NCBI GenBank assembly: GCA_010015585.1
Contig: ML975158.1
DNA length: 64,000 bases
Strand: one strand, 5' to 3'
Origin: Eremomyces bilateralis CBS 781.70
Lineage: Eukaryota
Shown here in pieces: positions 45,298 through 56,159 of the stretch (position 1 is its first letter; each line of letters begins with the position of its first letter). Under the pieces are notes generated by a model. That model had not been told where the DNA came from, did no database searches, and was given only the letters and a program-made list of their open reading frames with translations. Made by a program: the position numbers and the translations under genes.

Positions 45298-48200
45298 TCA
45301 CTCTTTGAATGCGCCCGGCACCTCCTTCGGCGTCATCGGCCTACTCGCTCCCGCAGTCGCATAACCCCTCGCCGACTCCCGATAGCTCGCCATGAAGATC
45401 TTCTCAAACGATGGCGGCGGTTTCCAGCCATGAATCATGCACGCCCGGCGGTACGCCTCCACCGCCTCCCCCGCCGAATAGTCCCCCACCGTGCCATGCA
45501 GCCTCGCCGGTCGCGGCTCCAGACTCATGATCGCCATGCGCACCTGCAGCAGGATGCTCTCGATCGAGTTCGCACTGGACCAACCGGACTGAGTGAGAAG
45601 CTCCATGCAAATCGCTCCGCCGGCCGTGACGTGTCCGCCGCCGCCTTGAGCGAAGGGGAGGAAGCGGGGGCGGATGACGCGGATGAAGGGCGGAGAGAAG
45701 GGGTAGTCTTCCGCAAAGCGCATCTCGAGGACGATGCTTTGGATATCCCATTTCTTCATGTCATGGGCGAGCGGGAGCGCGAGCGGGAAGGAATGGAGTT
45801 CCACGATCCATTGGTAAAGGTTGAAGTCGTCATCGCGGAGGTCTTCGGAGACGGTCCAACCCAGTGCGTGATGTACGGTGAGCTTTTGGAGATCCACAGT
45901 TTCCCTGAGATCACGCATGAGGGATTTGGAAGCGGAGGGAGTCGCGTATTCCGGAGGTACGATGAGAGGCAGGTCTTTCGCGTTGAGCTTTCCTGGCTCG
46001 TATCGCATCATATCCTCAGGTTGATCAATCCCAGCGACTACTTGATCCTCATTCTCGGACGCTTCTGAGTCCTCTTCCCATTGGGTTCTGGCATATCTAG
46101 AGTTACCATTCTTCTGTTTCTTGCCTGCGGAGGTCCCTGGAGAGCTTGTACGGATGAACTTCTCTGCTCTATGGACGGCAGAATATGGAATGACGACCCT
46201 GGCTATCTCCCCTGCTGGTGTCCTCAGAGGGTCTTGCTCGAACACCTGGTCCGGGGACTTTTCTATTCCATTGGCCGTGAAACCGGGTATATTGCCCACG
46301 CCACGAACGAAAAGGTACCGTGTCTGAATCCAGTCCACATGCTGTACCACAAGATGTGGACTTGAAGAAACAAACTCCTGTGGTGCATTGACAATTTGGT
46401 TCAGTGACATGGCAGATCGGATGTGTAGCGCACTTCTCGTCCAGCTGGGCGAATTAAACTTTGGACCATCCACGTGGGACCTATGCACGTTCGCATACGT
46501 TTGGCTAACATTAAAATCCAGAGAGTGGTAACAACCATCCCCATAGGCTCGGCCATTGACAACGGAATTATAATGCAGACCTTCCCGAATGATGCTGTGC
46601 CAATTCTCCACAGGGCTGCCATGCCAGGCGAAGAAGGTCTTGTGATTCAATTGCAATCGCTCCGAAACCTTTTCCACCTGGTCTAGGAAACGCTGCTCTT
46701 TGTCTGGAGCACCCATTGCAAACCGGAACTGAAGCCACCCAGGCATCCCGAGGAGCCGTTCTTCGTTCTCACCTCCTTTCTTTTCTTCACCGCCAATGAG
46801 ATTATCGACTTGGAAGATGCAGGCACGGCAGGAAACAATGATCCAGCGCAAAATCTGGATCGAGGCCGGTGGAAGCCTGTTGGTCCACTGTGCAATAGTG
46901 GATCGTGATTCTAGAAGATGTTTGCGCATTTCCAAGACTGGGGGTATGAGGTCCATCATCCGCAATAGGCTGAGTCGTTTGTAATGTTCCGGAATATCGT
47001 CGAAGTTATGGTCGTATAACGCGAATTTGACTTTGAGCGGGTTGCAACCCTTGGATGTCCCAGTCTCTCGCGCGTTCGATCTTCTGGGATCTATAACAAC
47101 CGGGTCATTTTCGGTTCCGAGAGGGCCTGAGAGGGGAATAATCGGGTCATTCTCGATTATAGGAGGTTCCGCGAGTTGAACACGATTTGGGTCAGCAACG
47201 TTCACAACCCGACAGTGACGAACGAACTCTCCTCTTCCCTGGATACAGAGGACAATCCAGTGATTTTCCTTCAGACGGTTCGAATCCTTTGGCTCCAGGC
47301 TCAATGTCCATGATGCCAGGTCGAGTTTCGCTTCGTATGGCATTTTCTTCCGCCAATCATGCATCTGTTCCGTACCTCTCTCATAAGTCTGCGGGTTTGG
47401 GACACGGAGATTGAGGCCCGAGGGGAAGTCTTGCAATTTGTTATAGAGAGCCCTGGAGTAGCAGAAGCTAATCAACAGGTCGACAACGAATGGTTGCTTG
47501 ACGATCTCCTCCTCAATACTGGGACCGAATCCGAACTGTAGGTACTGGTAGAGACAGAGTGGCGCATCGCAGACATAGGGTTTGATTGCTTCCAGCTCGG
47601 TGTTAAGAGTCTTCCAACAAATCATGCAGTGGCTGGTGCAGAGGACCAAGTGTCGAACCAGGCATTGCATGACGAGAAGAGGGAGGGACAGCTGCGATTT
47701 TGGTGAGCTTAGGTGGTCCCTAAGGATGATCGCAGGAAGATGTTTCTCTGAAAGGTCCAGAGGCGGTGTTTCGTGCAGCGAATCTGCCAGGGTGTGGTAG
47801 TCGAGTGACTGACCGACGGGTGCGGTTGAGAGGAGGTTATATCCATGTTGGGCGAGATCCCAGCTGCATGGAAACCCGCAATTTTGACGGACAGAGACAA
47901 GGGTGAAGAGCCTGGTTCGGAGCATTTCTTCAATCGGCTTGGAGATGAAGCAATTCCGAATGATACGAGCCGGGTCGTCTCCAGCCTTGGCAGCCGTTGC
48001 CGAAAAGACGTTGATGATTTCCTCATCGTCGGGTTTGTATCGCTTGCAAAGACCCACGCGCAGGTCAAACACGTGTGATCGCTGCTGGGTAGACAGACGC
48101 GAAAGATCCTCGAAGGCTCGGTAACCCGACGGGAAATACAAGAGCAAGACTAAATACTCTGAGCGATGGAGGTTCCAGGCTACCATGGCTTCGTCGGATA

Positions 48201-48813
48201 TTCCCAGTCTGGCGACACGGATGGACGCTATTACATGGCAGCGTTCACCGCTGAGTAGAGCGCCAGTGTAGCCGACACGAAAGCCCGCGTCTTTCAGTGC
48301 GTGGAGGTCGGATCCGATCCGATTCTGATACTCCGAATTTACGTGGATATCGTCGAATGCGCGACTTAGTCGACGAGTCGCTGGAGATTGGCTCGAGCGA
48401 TCTTTACCGTCGGAGTCATCATAAATATCGTCGTGGCCCTCATCCACCTCTTCGTCATCCGGATCTTCATATTCCAGCTCGTCAGTGTCTACGACCTGCA
48501 AGGTTGAAGAGAGCAGGATTAGGTAAACGCGGACAGTGAGACCCTTGCGGTCCTCAAGACGAGACAGCCTCTGCAACAGAGACTCCGGTGTGGAATCATC
48601 CTCAGTGTAGAGTTTGAACGTATGATCGGAGGGGTAGTCGGAGACATCTGGCCACACTTGAGCGATGAAAGTGACAGGTGAATCGGTGTGGATGGTGTCA
48701 AGTTCGAAAACGAATGTCCCATCGTCCTGGCCTGCTTCGATACCTGAGATGTTTGGAATGCCCTGCTCTCCAGCCAGTGACTTGAGGTCCTCGATGTATT
48801 TGCGGCGAGGCAT
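45298..48813 (-). CDS. PARP-like mono-ADP-ribosyltransferase fused to a C-terminal UBE2Q-like ubiquitin-conjugating (E2) domain
   Basis: 1171-aa ORF. Cys cluster HCMIC..PYVCDAPLC; ART motifs FAWHGS..WHSIIREGL, GRAYGDGCYHS and VVQHVDWIQTRYLFV; E2 motifs YPFSPPFIRVIRP, GHVTAGGAICMELL (Cys codon 45609-45607) and GWSSANSIESIL. Confidence 0.9.
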   Translation of the reverse strand: MPRRKYIEDLKSLAGEQGIPNISGIEAGQDDGTFVFELDTIHTDSPVTFIAQVWPDVSDYPSDHTFKLYTEDDSTPESLLQRLSRLEDRKGLTVRVYLILLSSTLQVVDTDELEYEDPDDEEVDEGHDDIYDDSDGKDRSSQSPATRRLSRAFDDIHVNSEYQNRIGSDLHALKDAGFRVGYTGALLSGERCHVIASIRVARLGISDEAMVAWNLHRSEYLVLLLYFPSGYRAFEDLSRLSTQQRSHVFDLRVGLCKRYKPDDEEIINVFSATAAKAGDDPARIIRNCFISKPIEEMLRTRLFTLVSVRQNCGFPCSWDLAQHGYNLLSTAPVGQSLDYHTLADSLHETPPLDLSEKHLPAIILRDHLSSPKSQLSLPLLVMQCLVRHLVLCTSHCMICWKTLNTELEAIKPYVCDAPLCLYQYLQFGFGPSIEEEIVKQPFVVDLLISFCYSRALYNKLQDFPSGLNLRVPNPQTYERGTEQMHDWRKKMPYEAKLDLASWTLSLEPKDSNRLKENHWIVLCIQGRGEFVRHCRVVNVADPNRVQLAEPPIIENDPIIPLSGPLGTENDPVVIDPRRSNARETGTSKGCNPLKVKFALYDHNFDDIPEHYKRLSLLRMMDLIPPVLEMRKHLLESRSTIAQWTNRLPPASIQILRWIIVSCRACIFQVDNLIGGEEKKGGENEERLLGMPGWLQFRFAMGAPDKEQRFLDQVEKVSERLQLNHKTFFAWHGSPVENWHSIIREGLHYNSVVNGRAYGDGCYHSLDFNVSQTYANVHRSHVDGPKFNSPSWTRSALHIRSAMSLNQIVNAPQEFVSSSPHLVVQHVDWIQTRYLFVRGVGNIPGFTANGIEKSPDQVFEQDPLRTPAGEIARVVIPYSAVHRAEKFIRTSSPGTSAGKKQKNGNSRYARTQWEEDSEASENEDQVVAGIDQPEDMMRYEPGKLNAKDLPLIVPPEYATPSASKSLMRDLRETVDLQKLTVHHALGWTVSEDLRDDDFNLYQWIVELHSFPLALPLAHDMKKWDIQSIVLEMRFAEDYPFSPPFIRVIRPRFLPFAQGGGGHVTAGGAICMELLTQSGWSSANSIESILLQVRMAIMSLEPRPARLHGTVGDYSAGEAVEAYRRACMIHGWKPPPSFEKIFMASYRESARGYATAGASRPMTPKEVPGAFKE

Positions 48814-49549
48814 GATTGTGTAACGCCTCTAAGCTGGTATGAGCTCCGCATAAACGGAGGACTTAAGCCATAACAGTCTTGAGAAGCAGCAGAAAAGAGG
48901 ATGCAGAGGAGAAGTTCGTGATTGATGTTTGGATTGAAGTGAAAGATTGAAGTGAAATATTAGCCTTTGTCAACAAAGAGTTCCGTGCCATCAACAGAAC
49001 ATCTCGATGTGGTTGTGATGCCTATCAGGTCAACACAGCAACCCGCCTCAGCATGGTGAATGTGACACGGTATCTAGACTTTCCTTTGAACTTCTCGGAT
49101 CCCTTCCTCATAAAAGAAGAATAAACTTACAGGATACAGGCCGGTGTAAGTGAGGGAATATCGTGAGGAGGCTGTGTTCAGATGGCTGCCTGGAGGATGC
49201 AGGAGTCCAGTTCCTTTGATGCACAAACAGAAGCCATGCTCTGCTCTGTGGAAGTTTGAACCACCTCCCAATGCCAGACAAAGCAAATAACCATCAACGG
49301 CGGCCTGGGTGAGTACAATTTCCAGGGAGAGCAATATACTTTGGAACTGGTATTTTCCGAGCGGCGCTGAAGCGATGACAGGTCATTTTGTGCATCGCCT
49401 TGCGACCCTGGATTTGTAGGCATCAATACAGCGTTCTCTCTGCAGCTTCATCTTCTGTACAACACATCTTTGTCCGCCACTAGGAACCAGGAAACTTACA
49501 GTATCTTTGTTACGAAAGAGAACTTTCATGACATTAAATTCGTAAAAAA

Positions 49550-50677
49550 ATGACCTTCTCAGCATCCCAAAATGGAACAGTCATCGCCAAATCACCTCAT
49601 GTGTCGGATCCATCGCTCCAACCCTTCCTCCAACCCTCTTTTGACCCCGTCGACTTCTTGAATGGTGCCCTGCCCCATCTCGCAGTTGGCTCACAGGCAT
49701 CATCACAAAGATCAAGCCAATCAATTAAGCACGTATCGCTGCAAGAAGCGTCTTCCACCGCTCAAACGCAGCTATCCCAACTCGCCGCGCAGACAACGCG
49801 CTTGTGCAATGTGCTCACCCAGCTCACGGACGACATCTTGCGGTGCGGCGGACGGCTCGCCTACGAAGTGGAAGTGCTGCGAGGCGAAGCAATTGGGCTC
49901 TCCGAGCTTCTGAACGATGGATTGCAAGACGAATTCAAGCGACTTCTACCAAGCGGGTTGGCTGATCTATCCATAAAGGAGGCGGAGGACGCGCCGCTCC
50001 CATCACAAGAGCCGGCGGCTGAAAAATCATCGTGTGGGCCGAACGTCCCGATCACGGATCAACCCCCATCACCGCCCGTACAGAAAGAGAACGGCACATC
50101 TACAACTAAGTCCGATTTACTTGCGATCCCGCCTGTTAGCGATCAAACCGACGCGGTCCAGCTATCTCTCAAGCAGCTCCGTACCCTCACTTTCGTGCGT
50201 GCCCGCCTCGACGCCGTCATCCGCACCTTCGGCGAAGCCACCAAGTGGTCCGTTCCGCCCTCCGAGCTCTCGCTTGCCTCCTCCTTCATCTCTGTGTCCG
50301 CACCCACCGCACCGGGGTCGTCGACGTCCGTGGACGGACGCTCCGCGGAGGATCGGGCGCAGGAGTTCGCGGAGCGGCTGCGGGGTGAGGTGGCGGAGTG
50401 CATCGTGGGGCCGGTGGCGGAGCAGAATGGGTATCAGGAGGCGATGAGGCGGATTGCGGCGTTGAGGGAGCTGGCGGGGGTGTGGAAGGGGACGGCGGAG
50501 GAGAAGGCGCGGGGGAGGTTCGTGGAGGGGTTGGTGAGATTGGCGGAGGAGAAGCAGAAAGTGAGGGAGCGGGAGGGGGCGTATCGCCGACGGAGTGGGA
50601 GCGTCAGGCAGAGCGAGAGGCCGGAAGGATATTTGGAACATTTGGCGAGATTGAAGGAGGAAGCATCATTCACTTGA
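49550..50677 (+). CDS. Conserved helical protein, possibly COG7/CATCHR tethering subunit-like
   Basis: 375-aa ORF with FLQPSFDPVDFLN followed by a coiled coil (LTQLTDDILR..RLAYEVEVLR), a typical tethering-subunit N-terminus. The family call is tentative. Confidence 0.6.
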   Translation: MTFSASQNGTVIAKSPHVSDPSLQPFLQPSFDPVDFLNGALPHLAVGSQASSQRSSQSIKHVSLQEASSTAQTQLSQLAAQTTRLCNVLTQLTDDILRCGGRLAYEVEVLRGEAIGLSELLNDGLQDEFKRLLPSGLADLSIKEAEDAPLPSQEPAAEKSSCGPNVPITDQPPSPPVQKENGTSTTKSDLLAIPPVSDQTDAVQLSLKQLRTLTFVRARLDAVIRTFGEATKWSVPPSELSLASSFISVSAPTAPGSSTSVDGRSAEDRAQEFAERLRGEVAECIVGPVAEQNGYQEAMRRIAALRELAGVWKGTAEEKARGRFVEGLVRLAEEKQKVREREGAYRRRSGSVRQSERPEGYLEHLARLKEEASFT

Positions 50678-50818
50678 ATCGGAGCTTCATGCATAGGTTT
50701 CTTCATGGAACGAGGGAACTCCGCCATCGTTATCTATGTGGTGACCTAGGATATCTATCGAACATAGTTTCGTACCCTCCGAACGCCAGCTCGATGCAAA
50801 TCATATGCAGAATGAAAT

Positions 50819-53281
50819 TTACTCATCCGGTCGTCTCACATCGTCGTGTTTCACCGGATGCAACAACACCCCCGGTAGGCACATCTTCCCCCCAATTCCC
50901 TCCTCCCACTCCGGTCCGCCCACCTCCCCCAACTCATCCGCCGCCTTCCACCCCATCCACCTCCGAAACAGCACCCTCGGCAACATGCTCCGATAATACC
51001 AACTCCACCCCTCGAAGTTATGCTCCCGATCCTTGTTATAAACGCTGTCCATCCCCGCCGCCCACCGCCCCGGGATGTCCGCGTCCGCCGCATTGAACAC
51101 CGCATCCGCATATTGCGCATCCCACTTCCGCGAGAAATAAATCGGATGCGGCGCGTACACCGCCTTGAACCCATGGTGCAGCGCCACGCTGCTCGGCCAC
51201 ATCTCCGCCTGCATGCTGCGTCCCGCCCGGTTCTCCTCGTGCATCGCGTCTAGCAGCCGCTTCGACAGTCGCGTGATGGTGTTGATGTACACGCGCCGCG
51301 GCATCGCCGCGAAGTCCGGATGCGTGAACGCGTCGTCTGCGCCGTCTTCCGCGCTGAAATGCGGGCGGTGGCCCGGGATGAAGTTCCAGAGCTTGTCGCG
51401 GAAGGGCCAACCGGTCATCTGGGGCTCCCACATGGGGAGGAGGGTGATGAAGTCGGCTTCTTCGCCGACGCCCCAGGTAAAGTTGTCGTCGGATTCGGTA
51501 GTGGGGGGTTTGGGACCGAGGGGCATTTGCTGGATGACGGCGGGTTGAGCGCCCCAGACGGTGGTGATTTTGCTGGCGGCTTTGGATTCGGCGATCAGGG
51601 CGTTAGTGTCGTCGCGGTATTTGGTGAACGAGGGGCCGTGGACGCCGGGGAAGTAGAATCGGGAGTTTCGCTCCCAGAGGTATTTGCGGGGTTGATCGCG
51701 GGAGAAGTCGCCAATTTTCTGGAGGAAGTGGTAATGGTTGGTGGTGTAGCGAGCGTCGACTTCCCAGTTCCAAATGAATTCGAACTCGGGATGGGTACGG
51801 GAAAACCACTGGAGCGGCATGAATTGCTGCCAGTAGACCTGCCAATCTCCGACTTCTGGATACCATTTCTCGCAGATCTCCTCGTTCCAGAGGATGCTGA
51901 TCGATCGGAATTCCTTGGGGATGGACTTGCGCAGGATACGAGAATATTCCGCGCGGTCATGCAGAATATTCGCTCCCCGATCTTTGACGTTGATGAACAT
52001 GAAGACCTGGAATTCTCCACCCGAGTGGAGAGACAACTCCATGATCATAGCCCGGATCGCCTGGAAATCATTCTCGCGGTAGTTATATCCTTCCCATGTC
52101 CGGATCAGAAGGGCTGTCCGTGGCCGGTAAGTCAGCCCGGTCTCCTGAACTGGCTCCTGTCGCTTCTCCTTGGTTTTATCGTCTCCGTCGTAACCCGCTT
52201 GGAATTGATCATATCGAAGTGCAGATTGCCGCAATGCAACACCAGGCGACATATTCGGTGACCGCCGATAGTTCGGGTCATAGCGCTCCTGGTTGCGGTT
52301 CAAACATTCGTTTTGCAGCTCGCCCCAGGACACGGTTTCCCAATCGACTTTTCCAGGTTCTGCCCAGGATGCCCTTTCCCGCACCGATCGGCCTTCGTCT
52401 AGTCCATATGGTCCGTACCGGGAGATTCGATCGATACAGATGTCCTCATCCAGATCCAGCGCCTCGTATGATCCTGTCACTGGCTCGGGAAACCCTAGGG
52501 GAACCGATCGGTAGGCGTGGACGACGTCGTGGATGCTCTCGTTGAGATTCAAATTTCGAGGTCCTCTGCAGGGCACATAATCTCCGTGGTATTGTCTCCG
52601 CCATTCCTCGCCATTGAAGTCAGGATAGGGAAGATACGGCGCATATGACGAGTTGTGACTCTCGTCTACTTCGCCATTGGCATATCTGCCCTGGGCATGG
52701 TTGGCGGCGTGAAATTTCCTAGCTTCGTACGCCCGCAGAAGATCGACGCCACTCTTCTGGTAGAAGCCATGCTCTTCAGGAAACCCTTCCCATCGGTTTG
52801 GGTCGTAGTTGTAATCGACGTAGTCTTCGTAACTGATCCGAGGGGTTAGCATTGAGTGGCGACAATGGTTTACAGCAACGTACGGCGGATAGTGTCCATC
52901 CACATGGCCCGGTCTGTTCCAATCGAGCATCTCATCCATATCTAGTGGTGTCGTAGGCGGTGACCAGGCCTTCGATTTCCTCCGCGTTTCTCGCGGGGGA
53001 GCCGTAACCAGTGTCCGTTGTGTCGAGGTTCCCTCTGATTTTGCCGGTGGCGAGCCATTTTCTCCCTGTGCCGTTTTGCTTGGGGACGGGTCCTTCTCCT
53101 CCTGATAATGTATCTGGCCTGCCTTGATGACGGGTGGCAGGGGGCCAGGCTTGGCGACTTCGACGTGTCGGTCGGCAGCCCATGGATTCTCAAATCGCTT
53201 GGTAAAGATGGCGCAAATGGAAACGAACACGAAAGCAAAGAAGGACAACAGCGCCAGCCTGCGAAAATGTGACCACAGCAT
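50819..53281 (-). CDS. DUF3405 family type II membrane protein
   Basis: ATG 53281 followed by a signal anchor. RTALLIRTW, IRAMIMELSL.SGGE, QFMPLQWF, WNWEVDARY, QPRKYLWERN, WGVGEEAD, ALHHGFKAVYAPHP and LLHPVK. Probable intron 52883-52833. Confidence 0.88.
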   Translation of the reverse strand: MLWSHFRRLALLSFFAFVFVSICAIFTKRFENPWAADRHVEVAKPGPLPPVIKAGQIHYQEEKDPSPSKTAQGENGSPPAKSEGTSTQRTLVTAPPRETRRKSKAWSPPTTPLDMDEMLDWNRPGHVDGHYPPYVAVNHCRHSMLTPRISYEDYVDYNYDPNRWEGFPEEHGFYQKSGVDLLRAYEARKFHAANHAQGRYANGEVDESHNSSYAPYLPYPDFNGEEWRRQYHGDYVPCRGPRNLNLNESIHDVVHAYRSVPLGFPEPVTGSYEALDLDEDICIDRISRYGPYGLDEGRSVRERASWAEPGKVDWETVSWGELQNECLNRNQERYDPNYRRSPNMSPGVALRQSALRYDQFQAGYDGDDKTKEKRQEPVQETGLTYRPRTALLIRTWEGYNYRENDFQAIRAMIMELSLHSGGEFQVFMFINVKDRGANILHDRAEYSRILRKSIPKEFRSISILWNEEICEKWYPEVGDWQVYWQQFMPLQWFSRTHPEFEFIWNWEVDARYTTNHYHFLQKIGDFSRDQPRKYLWERNSRFYFPGVHGPSFTKYRDDTNALIAESKAASKITTVWGAQPAVIQQMPLGPKPPTTESDDNFTWGVGEEADFITLLPMWEPQMTGWPFRDKLWNFIPGHRPHFSAEDGADDAFTHPDFAAMPRRVYINTITRLSKRLLDAMHEENRAGRSMQAEMWPSSVALHHGFKAVYAPHPIYFSRKWDAQYADAVFNAADADIPGRWAAGMDSVYNKDREHNFEGWSWYYRSMLPRVLFRRWMGWKAADELGEVGGPEWEEGIGGKMCLPGVLLHPVKHDDVRRPDE

Positions 53282-54783
53282 GCTGTCGCGGGATATCAAA
53301 GTCGCGGCATAAGTCGCCTCCGAAAGAGCGCGGATCGATTCTAACGGGAAGGACTCGAGAGGTCTCCGTTCTCGACGTCGCAAAGGAGGCACGACGAAAC
53401 GACCAACGGAGACCTTTCAATGATTTGACGAGATGAGATAGTGGTACCAGGTACCGAAAGGAAAGTGATGGAAAAGAAAAAACTCAAGGGAAACTCGCCG
53501 AGATGGTTTCCTATGATGAAGGAATGAACCGTGCTAGACTCCACTTCATCGTCTTTCCAGAGCACGTTTGGATTTGGAACCGTGGATCGTTGACGATGCT
53601 GCTGAAACGTCTCCTGTCATACTTTGTACGGATCGTCACCGATGATCCATACTTACTTCTGGGTCAAGCAAAGGGAGCGGCAAAGTCGTGCAATCATGCG
53701 GCTAAGCACCTTGGCCTGCACCTGGTGATCTTTGTCTTACTTGAGACGGATGTGTAAATCTTCATTCACTTAAGCAACCGCAGAGGCCTTTAGATAATTA
53801 AGGTGTAACTGCTGTGAGGTCACTGAGCTTTGTGTAATGGTAGGGTTTATTGCCGACAGTGTGTGGTTGATAACGAGGACCACAGGTGGAAAATCTGTGG
53901 GGGCAACCACCCTCACTGGCTCCTGCCTCCACCAGCAGAGCATCCTGGTACTCCGTACCTGAACTCCAGAAAATGCAACTGAACACATCTTATCTCGTCA
54001 GATTGCCATCACATTACTATGTAGGTGAGCTCTCCCTACAAATATCTGCTGTATTGCTGTAATTTGGCTTTGAATAAGTACCTAACTATATAAATCTCCT
54101 AGGATGCAGGCACAGTGGTGAGCTTCTGGTCAAGTTCGCGATGTTGAAGCATCAATTTGGCGGCACCCCTATTGATCCTGTGCCGACCGGAAACTGGAAG
54201 TCTTGAAGTCATGAAGACCCAGTTTCAATGATCCCATTTACTCTCAACCACGCGGAAGGGATCCATGACTCCCATTGGTCTTCGGTCCACACCAATTTTG
54301 TCGGGCTCATTATCAAAAAATGACTTCGAGCACCTTTCGCTTGCTTGCAGGGCTTCTCAACATGTGTGGGTTTCCTCGTGGTCCATCAAGGTCGATCCGC
54401 AGTTTGTTTGTCGCCAATTCTCGGCCAATTGCATTGACTGAAGCACAAGACGGGTGTATCAAAGACATCCTAGAGGCTAGACTTCTGCACCCTCGTCTAC
54501 ATGGCTGGTACTGGGGGTACTTCGGAACGGCTTGCCGAAGTCTTACAAGCCACCTTCACAAATCACACCTGGTGACAGCCGATTCGGAACCCTGAGATGG
54601 GATGTAAAGTAAGTTGTAGTAGGCCAGATGGCAGATTTTGAACCTTCAATGTATTCAACGGCAATGGACACAGCCTCTAGGTATATGCCTTCGTGCCCTT
54701 ATCCTGACACTCACTTCACCACCATCAGACCGTAGACATCGTTTTGTACAATCAACTCTTTCAGTTTCCGTCCCCCTGCTATC

Positions 54784-55470
54784 TTAAATGAATGCCAAAG
54801 TCAAAGCCCCCACAAGAGCCGTCACGACCGTCAGCACCTCCGTCCTCTTCACCATCGTCAAGCTAAACATCTTCCCGGTATCCCACGTCAAATGTCTCAG
54901 CCCGTTGACACAGTGATACACGAACGGCGATGCCACCGCGAACTTCGTCGCGATCTTCGCAGCGATCGGCCACGCGCCGAAGCCAGCCGCCAGGCTGGCC
55001 GACCCGATCTGCCAGCCCAGCGACGGGGCCGCGGCGTAGGCGGCCATGTAGAGATAGAAGCCGCCGGAGAGGAGGATGCCGGTGATGCGGTGGAAGCCCG
55101 AGGCGTACCAGTGGCTGAAGCGGTAGATGCTGATGTGTGGGGAGACGGGGCGAGCGAGTCGTTGCTTGATGAGCTCGCTATTGGCGTTTGGGTCGCCGGA
55201 AACGGTTTGGACTTGTCTGTCGAGGGGATAGGTATTAGTCGGGTTTCGTTATATTTGGGGGGACTTGAGGGAAACTCACCTCCGCTGAACGAGATGTGCG
55301 TTCGTCGCAATCGCCGCGGGGGACGCCCATTTGGACAGAACCGTCCGCGATGATGGCTGGACGGCAACTAAAGGAGCGACCGGTTAGCCGGGTTCGACAA
55401 TGAGTGTGTCGGTTGAGGATGAGGACATACGCCGCCTCAGAGATGATTGAACTGCTCTGGTGGCCAACAT
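54784..55470 (-). CDS. SDH3: Succinate dehydrogenase cytochrome b560 subunit
   Basis: Three exons. Presequence, QRLARPVSPHISIY, SGFHRITG, YHCVNGLRHLTWD (heme-ligand His), three TMs. Confidence 0.95.
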
Positions 55471-55640
55471 CTTGAATGGTCTAGCCCGATGGCAGCTAAC
55501 TTTCAATTGGGGAATTGACGATGCAAACAAGAACGAAGTTCCAGGATACGAAACGCACAAGAATCACAGTTGACAGTCGTGATGCGATTGATGCCGAGCG
55601 GCAGTTCCTTCCTCGGTCGGGCTAACTCGGAGCTTCCCAG

Positions 55641-55699
55641 CCAATCAACAGCCGTGTTTTGTAAAAGTACCAAGCCACCCACACGTGCTCGACCACGTG
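55641..55699. promoter_or_regulatory. CCAAT box plus paired E-boxes CACGTG-N6-CACGTG in the divergent SDH3/WD40 promoter
   Basis: agCCAATca at 55641; cacgtg ctcgac cacgtg(a) at 55682-55699. Confidence 0.55.
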
Positions 55700-56159
55700 A
55701 CCAAAATTCTCACTACATCTCCGAAAAAATCCAATCCCCTTTGAACTTCTTCTTCTTCTTCTTCAGATAGTTATTACTGGATCTCAAAATCAGCTCTTGA
55801 CCGCATGGAATGAAAAGATTTGATGGTTGCTTGTCAACTCGAGGTCCCAGACCGATCAACCCCGTAGTTAATCGCGCATTGCCTGTTTCTCAATCAGTAC
55901 GGTGCGTTTCATATCAGGGGTACATTTTGTCGTTTGAATATCAGGTCTTGAATGTATGCCAACATACAGATGCAGTCCCTAGAATCCAAAGCATTGCAGA
56001 CCTTTGTGAGCTTCCTACATGTAACATCGATGTCTCGTCCTCGTCCACTAGGCTAACTCACACTTCCACCTTACCCGTGAAGTTTTTTTCATACCCCGAT
56101 GATGAATTAAATTGAAGCCCGCTAGAGTTTTGACGTCTCCCACCTCCGCAAACGGGAAA

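Noticed and set aside
45067..46068. 333-aa antisense ORF overlapping the E2 domain
   Set aside because: Shadow ORF in a GC-rich patch: TTG start, Arg-rich and no recognisable motifs.
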